This document shows positions 14,370 to 28,061 of a DNA stretch of 64,000 bases, piece after piece. The notes under the pieces were generated by a model. The model was not told the origin of the DNA, did no database searches, and was given only the letters and a program-made list of their open reading frames with translations. Source of the DNA: Chiloscyllium plagiosum (lineage: Eukaryota); the NCBI RefSeq assembly GCF_004010195.1, contig NC_057718.1, positions 63,408,012-63,472,011 of the forward strand, given 5' to 3'. Positions within the stretch are counted from its first letter, which is position 1, and each line of letters opens with the position of its first letter. The position numbers and the translations under genes are program-made.

Positions 14370-16520
14370 TCAACTCATAGGAGTAAATGAATTAAGAGAA
14401 TTTGCCCCTCTTGCTTGTTCCACCATTTAATAGGGTCATGGCTAATCTTATTGTGATCTCAACTCAACATATCCACCTACCTTTGACTCCCTGGTCAATG
14501 AAGAGTGTGTCTACCTCTGTTTTAAAGTATTCAATGACTCCACCTCTACCATCATTCTTTGGGGTACAGAGTTCCACAGACCCATGCCCCTCTGACAGAA
14601 AAATATTGTTCTCATCTTCAGAGAACATTTATTTTCAAACTGAGTCCCTGCTATAGTCTTCCCCACAAAGAGAAACATCCTTTCAGCGTCCAGCCCATCA
14701 AGTCCCCTCAGCATCTTGTATGTTTCACTGATAGCAACTCATTTCCCCCTCCTTCTTAATATTAGTTGAATCTTCTCTGAACCAGTTCTAATGTATTTAT
14801 ATGCTTTCTTAATTAATTACAAGCCTATACATAGTACTCCAGATGCAGCCTCACCAAGCTCGACAACTTGAGTGAAACACCATTACTTTCATATCCCATT
14901 CTCCTTGCAATAAACAACAACATTCCACTTGCCTTCCTAATCACTTTCTGAACCTTTACTTTGACTTTCTGTGCTTGGTTTACCAAGATACCCAGATTCC
15001 TGTGTCCTGAAGTTCTGTAATTTCTCAATTTAAGTTATACAAAGCCTTTCTATAAAAATGAATACCTTCACATTTACTCACATCTGAGACTATCTGCCAA
15101 ATGTTTACCCACTCACATTGCCTGTCGATACTTCTTGTATCATAAAGTCATAGAGATGTACAGCACGGAAACAGACCCTTCGATCCAAGTAGTCCATGCC
15201 GACCAGTTATCCCAACCGAATCTAGTCCCACCTGCCAGCATCTGGCCCATTTCCCTCCAAACCCTTCCTATTCATGTACCCATCCAGATGCCTTTTAAAT
15301 GTTGAAATTGTACCAGTCCACTACTTCCTCTGGCAGTTCATTCCATACATGTACCACCCTCAGAGAAAAATTTGCCCCTTAGGTCTCTTATATTTTTCCC
15401 CCCCCTCACCCTAAACCTATGCCCTCTAGCTCTGGACTCCACCACCCTAGGGAAAAGACTTTGTCTATTTATCCTACCCAAGCCCCTCATGATTTTATAA
15501 ACCTCTATAAGGTCACCCCTCAGCCTCCCATGCTCCAGGGAAAACAGCCCCAGCCTATTCAACCTCTCCCTATAACTCAAATCCTCCAACCCTGGCAAAA
15601 TCTTTGTAAATATTTTCTGAACCCTTTCAAGTTTCACAACAGCTTTCCGATAGGAAGGAGAGCAGAATTGCACGCAATACTCCAAAAGTGGCCTAACCAA
15701 TGTCCTGTACAGCCGCAACATGACCTCCCAACTCCTGTACTCAATACTCTGACCAATAAAGGAAAGCATAACAAACGCCTTCTTCACTATCCTATCTACC
15801 TGCGATTCCACTTTCAAGGAGCTATGAACCTGCATTCCAAGGTCTCTTTGTTGTACTAATGTCCTTTTCATAACCGAGTTTCCTGCCAATTCTTGTATCA
15901 TCAAGGAAATTAGAAATCATATATTTGGTCTCTACATCCAAGTCATCTATATATATTATAAATAATTGAGATCCCATCACTGATGCCCATGGTACACCAC
16001 TCATTGCATCCTGCCAACCTAAAAGTTTCTCATTTATGTCCATTCTCTGCTTCTTATTGGCCAACCAATCCTCCATCTAGGGCAAAAGGATGCCCATTCT
16101 TATAAAAGGAGCTTTTGTTTTGCTTTGTAACCTTTGACGGGCACCTTTATAAATAGCTTCACGAGTACAGTGGGGTATATCCACTGACTTCTCTACTTCT
16201 CTTTCACAAAATCATTTTCACTCTGCTTGTGTATAATAAGAATTTCAAAGTGCCTTGCCATATAACATCCTTAATAGATTCAAACATTTTTCCTTTGATA
16301 GATATTTGGTTACCTGGCCTGTAGCTTCCTGTTTTCTGTCTCACTGCAATTTTAAAAAGTGGAGTTACATGAGCTATTTTTCAGTCTGATGGGAAATTTA
16401 CAGTATCTAGTGAATTCTGGAAAATTAAAAGTATTACATCTCCACTCTCAGCAGCCACTTCACCCTCGGATGAATTCTATCAGGACCAGGGAACCCGTGA
16501 AATTTTGTAAGAGTTTTCTT
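14370..16520 (-). mobile_element. Old CR1 LINE with a younger CR1 3' end nested at about 15140-15850
   Basis: ORF 15338-15904 (RDLGMQVHSSLKVESQVDRIVKKAF...RPLLEYCVQF...LRGDLIEVYKIM) is the CR1 RT C-terminus; flanking ORFs 14825-15028 and 15822-16076 are a more diverged CR1. Confidence 0.85.
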
Positions 16521-17144
16521 AATACCCTTTCCCCAATAATTGTACTGTAATTAAGTTGCTCAATCCCTTTCACATTCTGATTCAGAACTAGATTAGATTA
16601 CATTACAGTGTGGAAACAGGCCCTTCGGCCCAACAAGTCCACACCGACCCCAAAATTATTTTGGGGATACTATATTGAAGACAGACAAAAATCATGTATC
16701 ATTTCCATTTTTCCATTATTAATACCCCAGTCCCTCTCCCTGTCCAGAGAGCCAATATTCCCCTTACTTCCTCTTGCTTTTCAAATGCTTGAACAAACTT
16801 TTAAGTTCCGTTTTTATATTTCTAACTTGCTTGATATTACATTGTAATTTCTCTCTCCTTATTTCTTTTTGGTCTGCTACTCATCTTTTCATTTCAATTT
16901 AATAATATCCTCAGCTTCCTTAGTTGGCACTGATGGTACACCCTTCCCTTAGAGTCTTTCTTTCTCACTAGGGAACTCCACTGCAGAGTCCTTCTAATCT
17001 GAAAAACAACCATAAATTATTACTCTTTGCGTTCTGTACTTGTCAATTTTGTTTCCATATCACTTTTTCCTTTAATCATTCCACATTTTACTAGCAAGTA
17101 CTATACATGTTATTTTGTCAAACACTTTTGAAAACTATACACAA

Positions 17145-17442
17145 GGGCAGCACGGTGGCTCAGTAGTTAGCAGCACCAGGGACCCGAGTTCAATTCCCAC
17201 CTTGGGCAACTGCCTGTGTGGAGTTTGCACATTCTCCACGTGTCTGAGTGGGTTTCCTCCAGGTGCTCCGGTCTGCTCCCACAGTCCAAAAGATGCGCAG
17301 GTTAGGTAAATTGGCCATGCTAAACTGCCCGTAGTGTTCAGTGTAGGGGAATGGGTCTGGGTGGGTTGCTCTTCGGAGGGTCGGTGTGGACGTGTTGGAC
17401 CAAATTGCCTGTTTCCACACTGTAGGGAATCTAATCTAATCT
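17145..17442 (+). mobile_element. HE1-type V-SINE
   Basis: Head (small deletion), V-domain and (AATCT)n tail. Confidence 0.88.
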
Positions 17443-17492
17443 ACAAGTACTCCATCCTCACCAAATTAAACATGCTTATAAACGAGTCATGT

Positions 17493-17612
17493 GGGGCTCC
17501 TGTGGCATAATGGCGGTGTCCTTACCTCTGAGCAAAGATAGAAGTTCAAATCCCATCTGACCCAGAGGTGTATAATAACATCTGTGAACAAGCTGATCAG
17601 AAAATATCTATA
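17493..17612 (+). mobile_element. Short tRNA-derived SINE (different family)
   Basis: A-box-like GTGGCATAATGG and B-box-like GTTCAAATCC followed by a short non-tRNA tail. Confidence 0.5.
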
Positions 17613-18019
17613 AATGAATTGTGGACACCTAAGGCGTAATCCAATATCAGCGAATGGCATACCTTCCTTGTATCAGATAGCTAACTAAAACATTGAAATG
17701 AATCAGATTTTTTAAAGTTTTGAACCCTTTTGAAATGCTCCATGGGAGCTCATGGGATGACAGAGATATTAAATTGGCAACAAAACAGAAAGCCCAGAAA
17801 TATGATATGCATCCTTAACTATACACATTAGTTCCCACATCAGAAAATTAAACTTATGAAAAAAGGAAACATATAAAGCACAGAGACATTCATAGTACCA
17901 AGTTTAACCAAGGTAGGATGGCCACATAATTGATTACTGGACTACCCAAGTAGGTATTCTATGTTGAACAAAAGCTTGATCCTCATATGGTGGTTTGTTC
18001 AAAAGATACAAGGATACTG

Positions 18020-19200
18020 TACAATAAGAACCTAAGAAATATGAGGAGTAGGCAATTTGGTCCCTTGAATCTGTCCCAATATTCAAGATGATAATTGCTG
18101 CTGGTAGTTTTAACTTCACTTTATTGACAGTCTCCATTATCCTGAACTCACCAAAATTTGTCTCCAATTTAAATATATTCTATTGAGCCAGCCTCTATGT
18201 TCCTGGGTAGAGAATTCCAAAAATTGATCACACTCATCAGAAATCCCTCGCCTATGTCTTAAATGGGAGGGCACTCATTTTAGATTTATTCTGGATTTTC
18301 CCATGAAGGGAAACATCCACCCAACATCTACTTTCTTAAGCCCCCTCTGAATCTTATAAGATCACCTATCATTTCTTCATACCTCCAAAGATTATATACC
18401 CAATTTAAGGCAAAACCCATTCATACCATGAATCAACTTAGTGAATCTTCTGTATGGCTTCAAATTCAAAGATATCCTTCCTTAAATAAAGAAAAGGAGA
18501 CAGAAAAAATGCATACGGTATGGTCTCAACAATGCCATACACAATTGTATCAAAATATCCCTACTTTTATATTCCACTCCCTTGCCACAAAGGTCAACAG
18601 TCCATTTATCTTCCTCACCATTCTTGGTGTACATACATGCTAAAGTTTTGTGAACTGTTTTGAAGAAAAATCATACTGAACTCTAAACGTGAACTCTGCT
18701 TCTCGAGAGCTGAAACCAGACCTGCTACTTTTCTCCGGCATTTTCTCCTTTTTATTTCGGATTTTCAGCATCCGCAGTACTCTCCTTATTATGAGTTGTG
18801 ACACTTACTGAATAACTCCAGCAAATATATTACACTACATCTTCAGATTCCCTTCTGCCCATCCTGCATATTAAGTACTCAAAGAATTCTAATTTTTCAA
18901 ACAATTTCTTTCTCCTGAATCCATGTTGATTCAACCTTGATTATATTTTAGTTTTATAAATTTCTTGCTGTGACTTCTTTAATGATGAATTTTCACATTT
19001 TTCCAACAGACGTAAGGCTAACTGGCATATAGTTTCTTGCTTTGTACTTTCCTCTTGAAGGAGTTATTATAATTGCAGGAGATTTTCAAGAATACAACCA
19101 ACACATCTACTTCTTTTAAGATCATAGAGTTCAGGCCATCAGATCTAGGGGACTCATCAGCCAAGTCCAGTATGACATTTTCTATGATTGACAGAAAATT
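18020..19200 (-). mobile_element. Old CR1 fragment with a Penelope-like terminal repeat at about 18660-18790
   Basis: CR1 3' UTR remnant AAGAAATATGAGGAGTAGGCAATTTGGTCCCTTGA; ORF 19018-19263 contains LADESPRSDGL, similar to CR1 KSPGPDG. Confidence 0.6.
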
Positions 19201-19699
19201 ATTGACTTGCCTGGATGGTGCAACTGCAATCACACTCAAACAACTCAACATTATCCAGGACAAAGCAGTCTGATTGGCAATTTAACCAGATTTACGTTTC
19301 TACTGACTTCAGCAGCAGTACACTATTACTGCAGTATCTACTATGCAGAGGATACACAGCAACAAGTTACCACAGCTTCTTTGCCAGCATCTTCAAACTT
19401 CCATCACAGGAAAGGACAAGGTGCACCACTCCGAGTTTTGTTCCAAGATACAACATCCTTAATGAAATGATATTCACCTCTGTGAATGATCCTGACATAT
19501 TTTACAAAGTTTATGAATGTATAGAAATGATTGTTGCTAATTGTTGACTCTCAACTATAAATCAACTATAGACAAAATGCTGTGAGAAACAAAATTAAAC
19601 AGTGCATTTTGTATGGAGAGAAAGCTTAGAAACAAGACAAGTTCATATTTGAGGTCCATCAGCAATCGGTTATGATCTTAAGAATGTCCATATCGGAAA

Positions 19700-19975
19700 T
19701 AATCAAGCAAGAACTAGAAGGCATAAGTTGAAGGTGGGAAGGGGAAGTTTTAAAAATGGATTTCATACATTGTATGGAACAGTAAAGGAAGTAGTGAAAG
19801 CTGGTTCAATTACAACATTAAAAAGGCATCTGGATGGGTACACGAATAGGAAGGGTTTAAGAGGGATATGGGCGAAATATTGGCAAACGGGACTAGATTT
19901 ATTTTGGATAAATGGTCGGCATAGACGACTTAGACCGAGGGGACGTTTCCGTTGTGTACAAGTCTCTACGATTCT
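19700..19975 (+). mobile_element. CR1 LINE 3' end
   Basis: EVVKAGSITTLKRHLDGYTNRKGL is the CR1 ORF2 C-terminus, followed by 3' UTR. Confidence 0.8.
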
Positions 19976-20199
19976 AAAAAGCCCGACCTTCTGCCAATCC
20001 AACCCGTTTTCTCACCGTCACTCAGTTCTGGCTCCCTCTTTGTAACCAGCTGCTGATTAAAAAGCTGTCAATGAACCAAACCGGTGACATCTACCACCAA
20101 CAGGATCAATACCCCTCACAGTTACACATCAGCCAGAGAATGCCCCCGATCAGTGATTTACACAGCGTTAATCAGCAGAGCACAAGACGTGCTGATGGC

Positions 20200-20450
20200 C
20201 AGCCACACTGGGTACTAACCGGTCACGGGAAGATGACACCACCTTGACCGCAAGGAGCCCTGAGAACAACCGCTCCTACACCTCCGGCTCTCGATCCTGA
20301 CAACACGTCCCCCTTCAGCCGGATCCGGCTCCCCAGCACGTGCGTCATTTCCTTTCTTGACGTCAACGACAGGAAGTACAGCTCAGCATGCACTTGCAAG
20401 TTGACGTCACTACCGGTCTAGGAGGTCAGGGGTTGAGATGACGTTTGCCT
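20200..20450 (-). promoter_or_regulatory. Candidate SEC23B promoter and non-coding exon 1
   Basis: Locally CpG-rich, non-repeat DNA; perfect CRE palindromes TGACGTCA at 20358-20365 and 20402-20409; CACGTG at 20337-20342 overlapping TGCGTCA; ETS-like CAGGAAGT at about 20370-20377; minus-strand donor candidates CCG|GTTAGT (exon end 20220) and ACG|GTGAGA (exon end 20016). Confidence 0.6.
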
Positions 20451-21529
20451 CGAATGTTAAGAGGGATTTGAAGGTGCTGATAGGGATGAAGGTGATGCTA
20501 AGGCCCATCTGCGCTCACCCTTCTGCCGCAAGGACAGATATCATAGTGTTGGGCAAGCCGCTGGCTAGAAATTACTTCACAGAATATCACTGACTACAGT
20601 CAGCATTTGTTGCCATCCTTAAATGGATAAGATGGAGCTTTCGAAGTAGCCCATACCCGTTTGTATTTGGTTCTCCCATAACATGCAATGATTCAGGGTG
20701 AGCTCCTAGGCTTTGGAGTCGATATCCAAATTTCTAAGTGAAGCCTGTGTGTCATTGTATCTCATGATGTCACCACCAGGAGTAACAGGCTAAAGCTTAC
20801 ATAGAATAATCATGTTGGGAAGCAAGTAACAGACATTCTAGCTACATGATAAGCTCAACTTACTTGCCACAATGTCAGTGCGGTGGCAATGTTTGGTATG
20901 TCACCTCAAGAAAGTCACTTGGTCCTGCTATCTGATCTGCAGAGGCTTCTGAAGACAGTTCAAGTGCAGGTGTAGGGAGTGACTATAACATACGTTAGGC
21001 CTCATGACATAATTGTCACCTGAACATCAATATCCTGGTAACTATTAACAAGAAACCAATAGGAATGACCACATAAGTGGTCAGAAGATTTGGGTGAGGG
21101 GTGCAGATGGTATTAGTGAAATAACAAAATGCAGGAAATACTAAACAGTTCAGGCATCTGTGGAGAGAAAATGGAGCTTCAGAACAGAAAGTGATACACT
21201 TCAGCTTTTCTCAAAGCATGTTCACCAAAAGTCAGGGGATGATGGAATATTCTTTACTTGCCTGGATGATGCAACTGCAATCACACTCAAACAACTCAAC
21301 ATTATCCAGGACAAAGCAGTCTGATTGGCAATTTAACTAGGTTTAAGTCTCTACTGACTTCAGCAGTACACTATTACTGCAGTATCTACTACCCAGAGAA
21401 TACACAGCAACAAATCACCACAATTTCTTTCCAGCATCTTCAAAATCCAGTTTCCATCACAGGAAAGGACAAGGTGCACAGGGAGCACCATTCTCTGAGT
21501 TTTGCTCCAAGATACAACATGCTTAATGA

Positions 21530-22385
21530 TATAGAGTCATAGAGATGTACAGCACAGAAACAGACCCTTCGGTCCAACCTGTCAATGCCGACCAGATATC
21601 CCAACTCAATCTAGTCTCATCTGCCAACACCCGGCCCATATCCTTCCAAACCCTTCCTATTTATATACCCATCCAGATGCCTTTTAAATGTTGCAATTGT
21701 ACTAGCCTCCACGACATCCTCTGGCAGCTCATTCCATACATGTACCACCCTCTGCATGAAAAAGTTGCCCCTTAGGTCTCTTCTATATTTTCCCCCTAAA
21801 CCTATGCTCTCTAGTTCTGGACTCCCCTACCCCAGGGAAAAGACTGTCTATTTATCCTACCCAAGTTCCTCATGATTTTGTATACCTCTATAAGGTCATC
21901 CCTCAGCCTCCGATGCTCCAGGGAAAACAGCCCCAGCTGTTCAGCCTCTCCCTGTAGCTCAAATCCTCCAACCCTGGCAACATCCTTATAAGTATTTTCT
22001 GAACCATTTCAAGTTTCACAACATCTTTGCTATAGGAAGGAGACCAGAATTGCATGGAATATTCCAACAGTGGCCTAACCAATGTCCTGTACAGCTACAA
22101 TATGACCTCCCAACTCCTGTACTCAACACTCTGACCAATAAAAAAAGCATACCGAATGCCTTCTTCATTATCCTATCTACCTGTGCAGCACTTCGTATTT
22201 ATCAGAATTAAACTCCAAATGCCACTTCTCAGCCCATTGGTCCTCTGATCAAGATCCCATTGTAACCTGAGGTAATCGTCTTCACTGTCCACTAGACCAA
22301 TTTTGGTGTCATCTGCAAACTTATTAACTATACCTCTTATGCTCACATCTAAATCATTTATATAAATGACAAAAAGAAGTGGACT
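21530..22385 (-). mobile_element. CR1 LINE 3' fragment
   Basis: Same family as 15140-15850; starts with the tail complement AGAGTCATAGAGATGTACAGCAC. Confidence 0.85.
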
Positions 22386-23120
22386 TAGTTAGATCTAGCA
22401 TAGATCTAGTTTTTCTAAATATAAAAAAAAATTGATGTAAATATGGAGCATTTACTCAGAAAATCTACATTTCCAATGGGAAGAATTACGTAAAGATATT
22501 CCAGATGAGCCCACACAATGAAGAATTCAGGCTCGATACCCTACACATACTCAGATATTTACCCCACCCTTTGTTAATTCCAGGTGTAGTTTGGTGATTG
22601 ATAAAGGGAACTGTATATGGGAGGTCTAAAAAAGTCTCACAATCCCCAAATGGATTGAAAATGCCCACCCATGCTGTGCTCAACCTACTGCACCTCTGAC
22701 AGTTCACAAGACCCCTGTACCTCTCTCAGTGCTCACACCAATTCACTACTTTCTGGCCCCCATCCAGCAATGTTCACATCTCATGCCATTGACATTCATA
22801 TTGTTCCATACCTAACTATGCTCACAGTTTCACACCACTGACAATGTTTATTCCCATATTACCGCAATACCTACTGCAAGCAAATGTTAAGCAACCAAAC
22901 AGCTTGGCAAAAAAACAAACCTAGCCTGCAAACGTGCCATAGACAATTATGAAAAAGATGAATTGCTGCATAGTGGTGATTCTTCAATTCGGCAATGGTA
23001 AGTTGTGTGTGTTTTTTAAGTCTGTTACTATTTTGTCTTACAATACTCTTGATTCATTTTTAGACATCTTTGCAGATATTTGTGAAAGGAATTATCAATC
23101 AGTATCATGCAATCTTGATC

Positions 23121-23455
23121 TGGGGTGGCATATTGACTCAGTGGGTTAGCACTGCTGCCTCACAGCACCAGGGACCTGGGTTTGATTCCAGCCTCAGGTG
23201 ACTGTGTAGAGTTTGCACATTCTCCCTGTATCTGTGTGGGTTTCCTCCGCGTGCTCCAGTTTCCTCTGACAGTCCAGAGATATGCAGGTTAGGTGGATGG
23301 CTATACTTGTGTCTTACGTGGATTGCAATGGGAAATCTAGAGTTATGGGGCTAGGGTAGTGGAGTGGGTCTGGATGAGATGCTGTTCGGAGGGTTGGTGT
23401 GGACTTGATGGGCTAAATGGCCTGTTTCCAAATTGTAGGGAATCTATGATTCTAT
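23121..23455 (+). mobile_element. HE1-type V-SINE (older)
   Basis: Diverged head, V-domain and tail. Confidence 0.82.
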
Positions 23456-23566
23456 CCTGCATCTGACAATGCTTACACCCCCCCCCCCCATCACTTATGC
23501 TTCACAATTGCCCACAGCTTTGACAAAGTTCACCACTACTGCACCCTATAATGTTCACTCCTCACT

Positions 23567-23877
23567 TATAGAGTCAAAGAGTCATATAGATGTACAGCAT
23601 GGAAACAAACCCTTCGGTCCAACCTGTCCATGCCGACCAGATATCCCAACCCAATCTAGTCCCACTTGCCAGCACCTTGCCCATATCACTTTAAACCCTT
23701 CCTATTCATATACCCATTCAAATGCCTCTTAAATGTTACAATTGTACCAGCCTCCACCACATCCTCTGGCAGCTCATTCCATACATGTACCACCCTCTGC
23801 GTGAAAAAGTTGCCCCTTAGGTCTCTTTTATATCTTTCCCCTCTCACCCTAAACCTATGCCCTCTAATTCTGCACTC
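23567..23877 (-). mobile_element. CR1 LINE 3' end
   Basis: Near-identical to the 3' parts of the 15140 and 21530 copies. Confidence 0.85.
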
Positions 23878-24576
23878 TTAACCCTCCAAAGAAAGGCTCA
23901 CCCCAATCTCAGCTGTCCCCACTTGCCTGCACTTCCACTAATGATCATCCTGACCATATACATAATTGCTCAGCCTGCTCACCTCCCCGAGGAATAATGC
24001 GACCCCCATACTCCAACAACTCTCAATTCTTCAACAATGCTTACCTCCTGACAATGTTCAACTCCTTAACAACAATTATAATTCTTAAATATCAAGAACA
24101 GTTGAATTAACATGGTCTTCGTCAAGAACAATTAGAGATAGACAATAAATATTGCACTTGCTAGCAACACATCCTATGAACCTTTGAAAGACAGTGTAGG
24201 ATTCCTGCTGAGATACAATCTGCAAAGCTGCTCCAGAACTATCATAAATATATGAGTATTTTCTAATCAACCTGTTCATTTCTTGAGCAAGCTGATTGTT
24301 TTATGATGGTGTTTGTGACTAATTCTGCTGCTGTGCGTTGATTTCAGACAGGAGTGAACTTGATAGTTCAGAAGGAGGGCATTCAGCTTACAAACAAATG
24401 TGCACAACAATTCCCAGTTCAAAATTCGTGTCATAATGACCAGTCGGCGGGGTTGTTTGCAATATTTTCAAATCTATATACATATTGGTATGATGCCGTA
24501 AGTGTGAGAATCGCCTTTACATTTATGATATTAAAGCAAGGGATTTGTGTGACTGGGAGCTGGCCCCGCCTCTGCA

Positions 24577-24690
24577 ATGGCTCCGAGCGACTGTCAACAG
24601 CTTCGCCGAGCAGTGATCGTCCCTGGCAATGGGGTGGGGGACGTGGAGCATAGCAACTGGTACAAATGGGTGAAGGATAATCTGAATCAG
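24577..24690 (+). CDS. RBBP9: RBBP9 serine hydrolase, coding exon 1 of 5
   Basis: MAPSDCQQLRRAVIVPGNGVGDVEHSNWYKWVKDNLNQ (human KAVIVPGNGGGDV..HGWYGWVKKELEK); donor CAG|GTCGGT; GC-box-like CCCCGCC just upstream. Confidence 0.93.
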
Positions 24691-25309
24691 GTCGGTAATA
24701 GAGAGTTTATTTCCAAGGGGAGCGGCTGCCTTGTGGCTGGAAGTACTAAATGAGACACAGGGAGATCCTACATTTTGCGGGCGGACTCTGCCCTCACCAA
24801 AACGATAAATTGCTTCTGCTTCCTCTGGCATGTCCGTTCTTCAAATGTGATCGTTTTGTCAAGCCCAAGAATCTGATTTATTCATTCTTCTGTCTTTATC
24901 TTTCTTTGTAACTTGGATTTACATAGGCCAAGCTTGCTTTCGAAGTGACTGGGGAATGCCACTCTCAGTTGTTCATAGGGATTGATAGAATGGCAATGCA
25001 GCTCAAAGAACACATTTTCTCAAGGGCCATCTAGCACTTCTGCAGGAGTAACAAGACATGCAGATTTTGCTAGGATAGTCCTGAATTTTCATTAAATGTT
25101 CCAGGATAACCCTCACCAAAAGTTAAAATGCGTCTGTTTTCATGTGATTCTGTTGCTGGACATATTCTGAGAAATGTCGTCACTTGACCTCCTACTCAAC
25201 TCCTTCCATGCATCAGAGAACACTTCGTTCCCCTGGCTTTTCAATGCATCGTCCAGTTCTGACTTTTGTCATTGTTAACATCTTAATTTATGCACAACTT
25301 TAAAAAAAA

Positions 25310-25620
25310 ATTGCTCATGTGATATGGGCGTTACTGATAGGGCTGTATTTATTGTTCGTCCCTAATTTCCCAAAGGTAGTGAAAAGTCAGGCACATTGTT
25401 GTGGGTCAACAGTCACATGTAGACCAGACCAAGTAAAGATTTTCCTTCTCTGGTGGACATTAGTGAACCAGATAGTGTTTTCTCGACAAGCAACAATGGT
25501 TTCATGGTTACCATTAGACTCTCAAACCAGATTTTTATTGAATTCAAACTCAATATCTGAATCTCTGCATTAATAGTCTAGCAATAAACCTCCTAGGTCA
25601 TCACTTCCCCTGAGCAATAT
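25310..25620 (-). mobile_element. SINE sharing its 3' tail with the LINE family at 9815-12930 (another copy at 49490-49820, plus strand)
   Basis: Reverse complement contains TGGTCTGGTCTACATGTGACT and ends AATAAATACAGCCC...AACGCCCATATCACATGAG then poly-A. Confidence 0.6.
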
Positions 25621-26745
25621 ATTTATCGATTTTGTGCATTTGAAATTCTTATTCTAAAGGTTTTCTGACATGTAAATGTTGTAATCTCTTTCTGTGAGGG
25701 TGTCACATAGCAGCACTCAATCATTAAGTGAAAATATGATTTTGGATTAAGGCCTGCCTCTGGAAATATTGTTTCATTCCTGCGCTTTTCAATGTCTGGC
25801 TGACAGTGAGTGAAAATAGCACACTCCTTTTTGTAGTTTGTAGGATGCAACTTGTGATATGTTGTTTTTCATATAGTGAATCCTATTCCTGTCTGTAACA
25901 GAGAAAGTTATCTGATGTAAAAAAAAGAAAAAAAATTAAACATAGCAGCTGCCATGCAACGTTCCCATATCTGTCTCAAATGTAATGACACTTTCTGAAA
26001 CTTTGGTGAATGTAATCATATTGCAGAACACCATACTATTGTAGTAACAATGCACAAATCATAAAGACAGGTTTGATGAAGTAAATAAGGAGAAACTGTT
26101 CCTGGTTTGGCAGAAAGGATTTAAGATGACTGGCAACATAAGAGGGATGAAGAAGTGTTTCTATGGCTGAATGCATTACCTAAAGAAGTAGTATAAACAA
26201 ACTTCAGTAATAACTGTAAAAAGGGAATTAGGTATGCACTTAAAAAGGAAAAGAATTGCAAGGCTGTAGGGAAAAAGAAAGTATATTTAAGTGGTTAGCT
26301 CATTCAAGGTGTGAGTATGAGTAAGATGTGTCAAATTGCCTGCTTCTATTATGCTGTTCCTATAAATTCTAATTCTTTGCTCTTCTCAGGATAAACTGTT
26401 GGGACCCATTGTTGGGTTGGACTACTTGTATTAGCACCACTATGTTTACCAAAAATATTTTACCCAACAACCACCTATGAATGTAATGCATTTGACTAAT
26501 CTTCCTGAAACACCAAAGAAAGTGCATCACCTCTCATTAAATGTAACCTTTAAGGTAAACAATGAGCTTTAATAGTTTACAACTATGTTTACCTATGTCT
26601 TTCTTATGCAATTATGATGCAATCATTTAATTCGCCATCGCCATCACACTTGATTGCTATTCCTTGATGCACACAAAAGAAATGATTGTTTTTTCAGATT
26701 GCAGTTCATACTTCTTCACTTCACTTTTAAAAATATGTTTTGCAG

Positions 26746-26788
26746 ATTCCAGATTTTCAGTGCTTGCTTCAAAACATGCCAGACTCTC
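26746..26788 (+). CDS. RBBP9: RBBP9 coding exon 2
   Basis: TTTTGCAG|ATTCCAGAT...; IPDFQCLLQNMPDS; 43 nt; donor C|GTAAGT. Confidence 0.93.
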
Positions 26789-26877
26789 GTAAGTGACTTT
26801 TGAAAGCTGACATTGCAGTTAATGATGAAATTATTTTTAATTGTATAATATAGTCTGTTTATTTAACCCATGAGTGA

Positions 26878-26991
<114 letters not shown>

Positions 26992-27244
26992 TAAAAGTTT
27001 GCCAAAGGAAAATAAATGCGATTTGAGTTCATAAAACAGTGATGACTTTAATGCAGTTATTTTTCAAAATTTCAGAGGTTATTGTATTGATTTTTCACAG
27101 GACAGAAAGAGGCAACCAAAAGCAATACTGTTATTGTTAAAGTCAAGTGATATTAATTTTGATAATATAGAGGCTTTTTTTTAGAGATGGTTGAACAGTA
27201 TGCTTGAATTTGATGTATACAGGCATATCTGTTTTTAAGAATGG

Positions 27245-27548
27245 TAGATTAGATTAGATTCCCTACAGTGTGGAAACAGGCCATTTGGCTCATCAAGTCT
27301 ACACCAATCCTCTGAAGAGTAACATACCACCCTACATTTACCCCTGACTAATGCAGCTAAAACTGTGAACAATTTAGCATGGCCAATTCACCTGACCTGC
27401 ACATCTTTGGATTCTGGGAGGAAACTGGAGCACCCAGTCACGGGGAGAATGTGCAGACTCCACACAGACAGTTGCCCGAGGCAGGAATCTGATGCGGCTC
27501 TCTAGTTCGGTGAGGCTGTAATGCTAACCACTAAGCCACCATGCTACC
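27245..27548 (-). mobile_element. HE1-type V-SINE in RBBP9 intron 3
   Basis: Tail complement TAGATTAGATTAGATTCCCTACAGTGTGGAAACAGG plus V-domain. Confidence 0.85.
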
Positions 27549-27887
27549 TAGTATAATGTTTGTATTCTGAACCTGAATTTATATATGAATGTTGTGGGTC
27601 AAGTTCAAGCAGCTGTTAAGGTAACATGTTGGAGTGAAGAGCTTTTTAACTTAAGCTTTTAAGCTTAAGCTTAATATCTTTTTGTGGCTTATTTTATAAT
27701 GGCTCCTGTAAAGGAGCATACGCTCTAGAAATATAAGTTGTAGAAAAGTAATAATAGTAAGCAATATGCACCTGACATTATGGGATGTTTGAATTAAAAT
27801 GTTGAACACATGTGCATTGTAATAATCCATCCCTCTTTCAAACATTGCTGAAAATAGAAATGCTAATGCCTTTAAACTAAGAACTAA

Positions 27888-28061
<174 letters not shown>

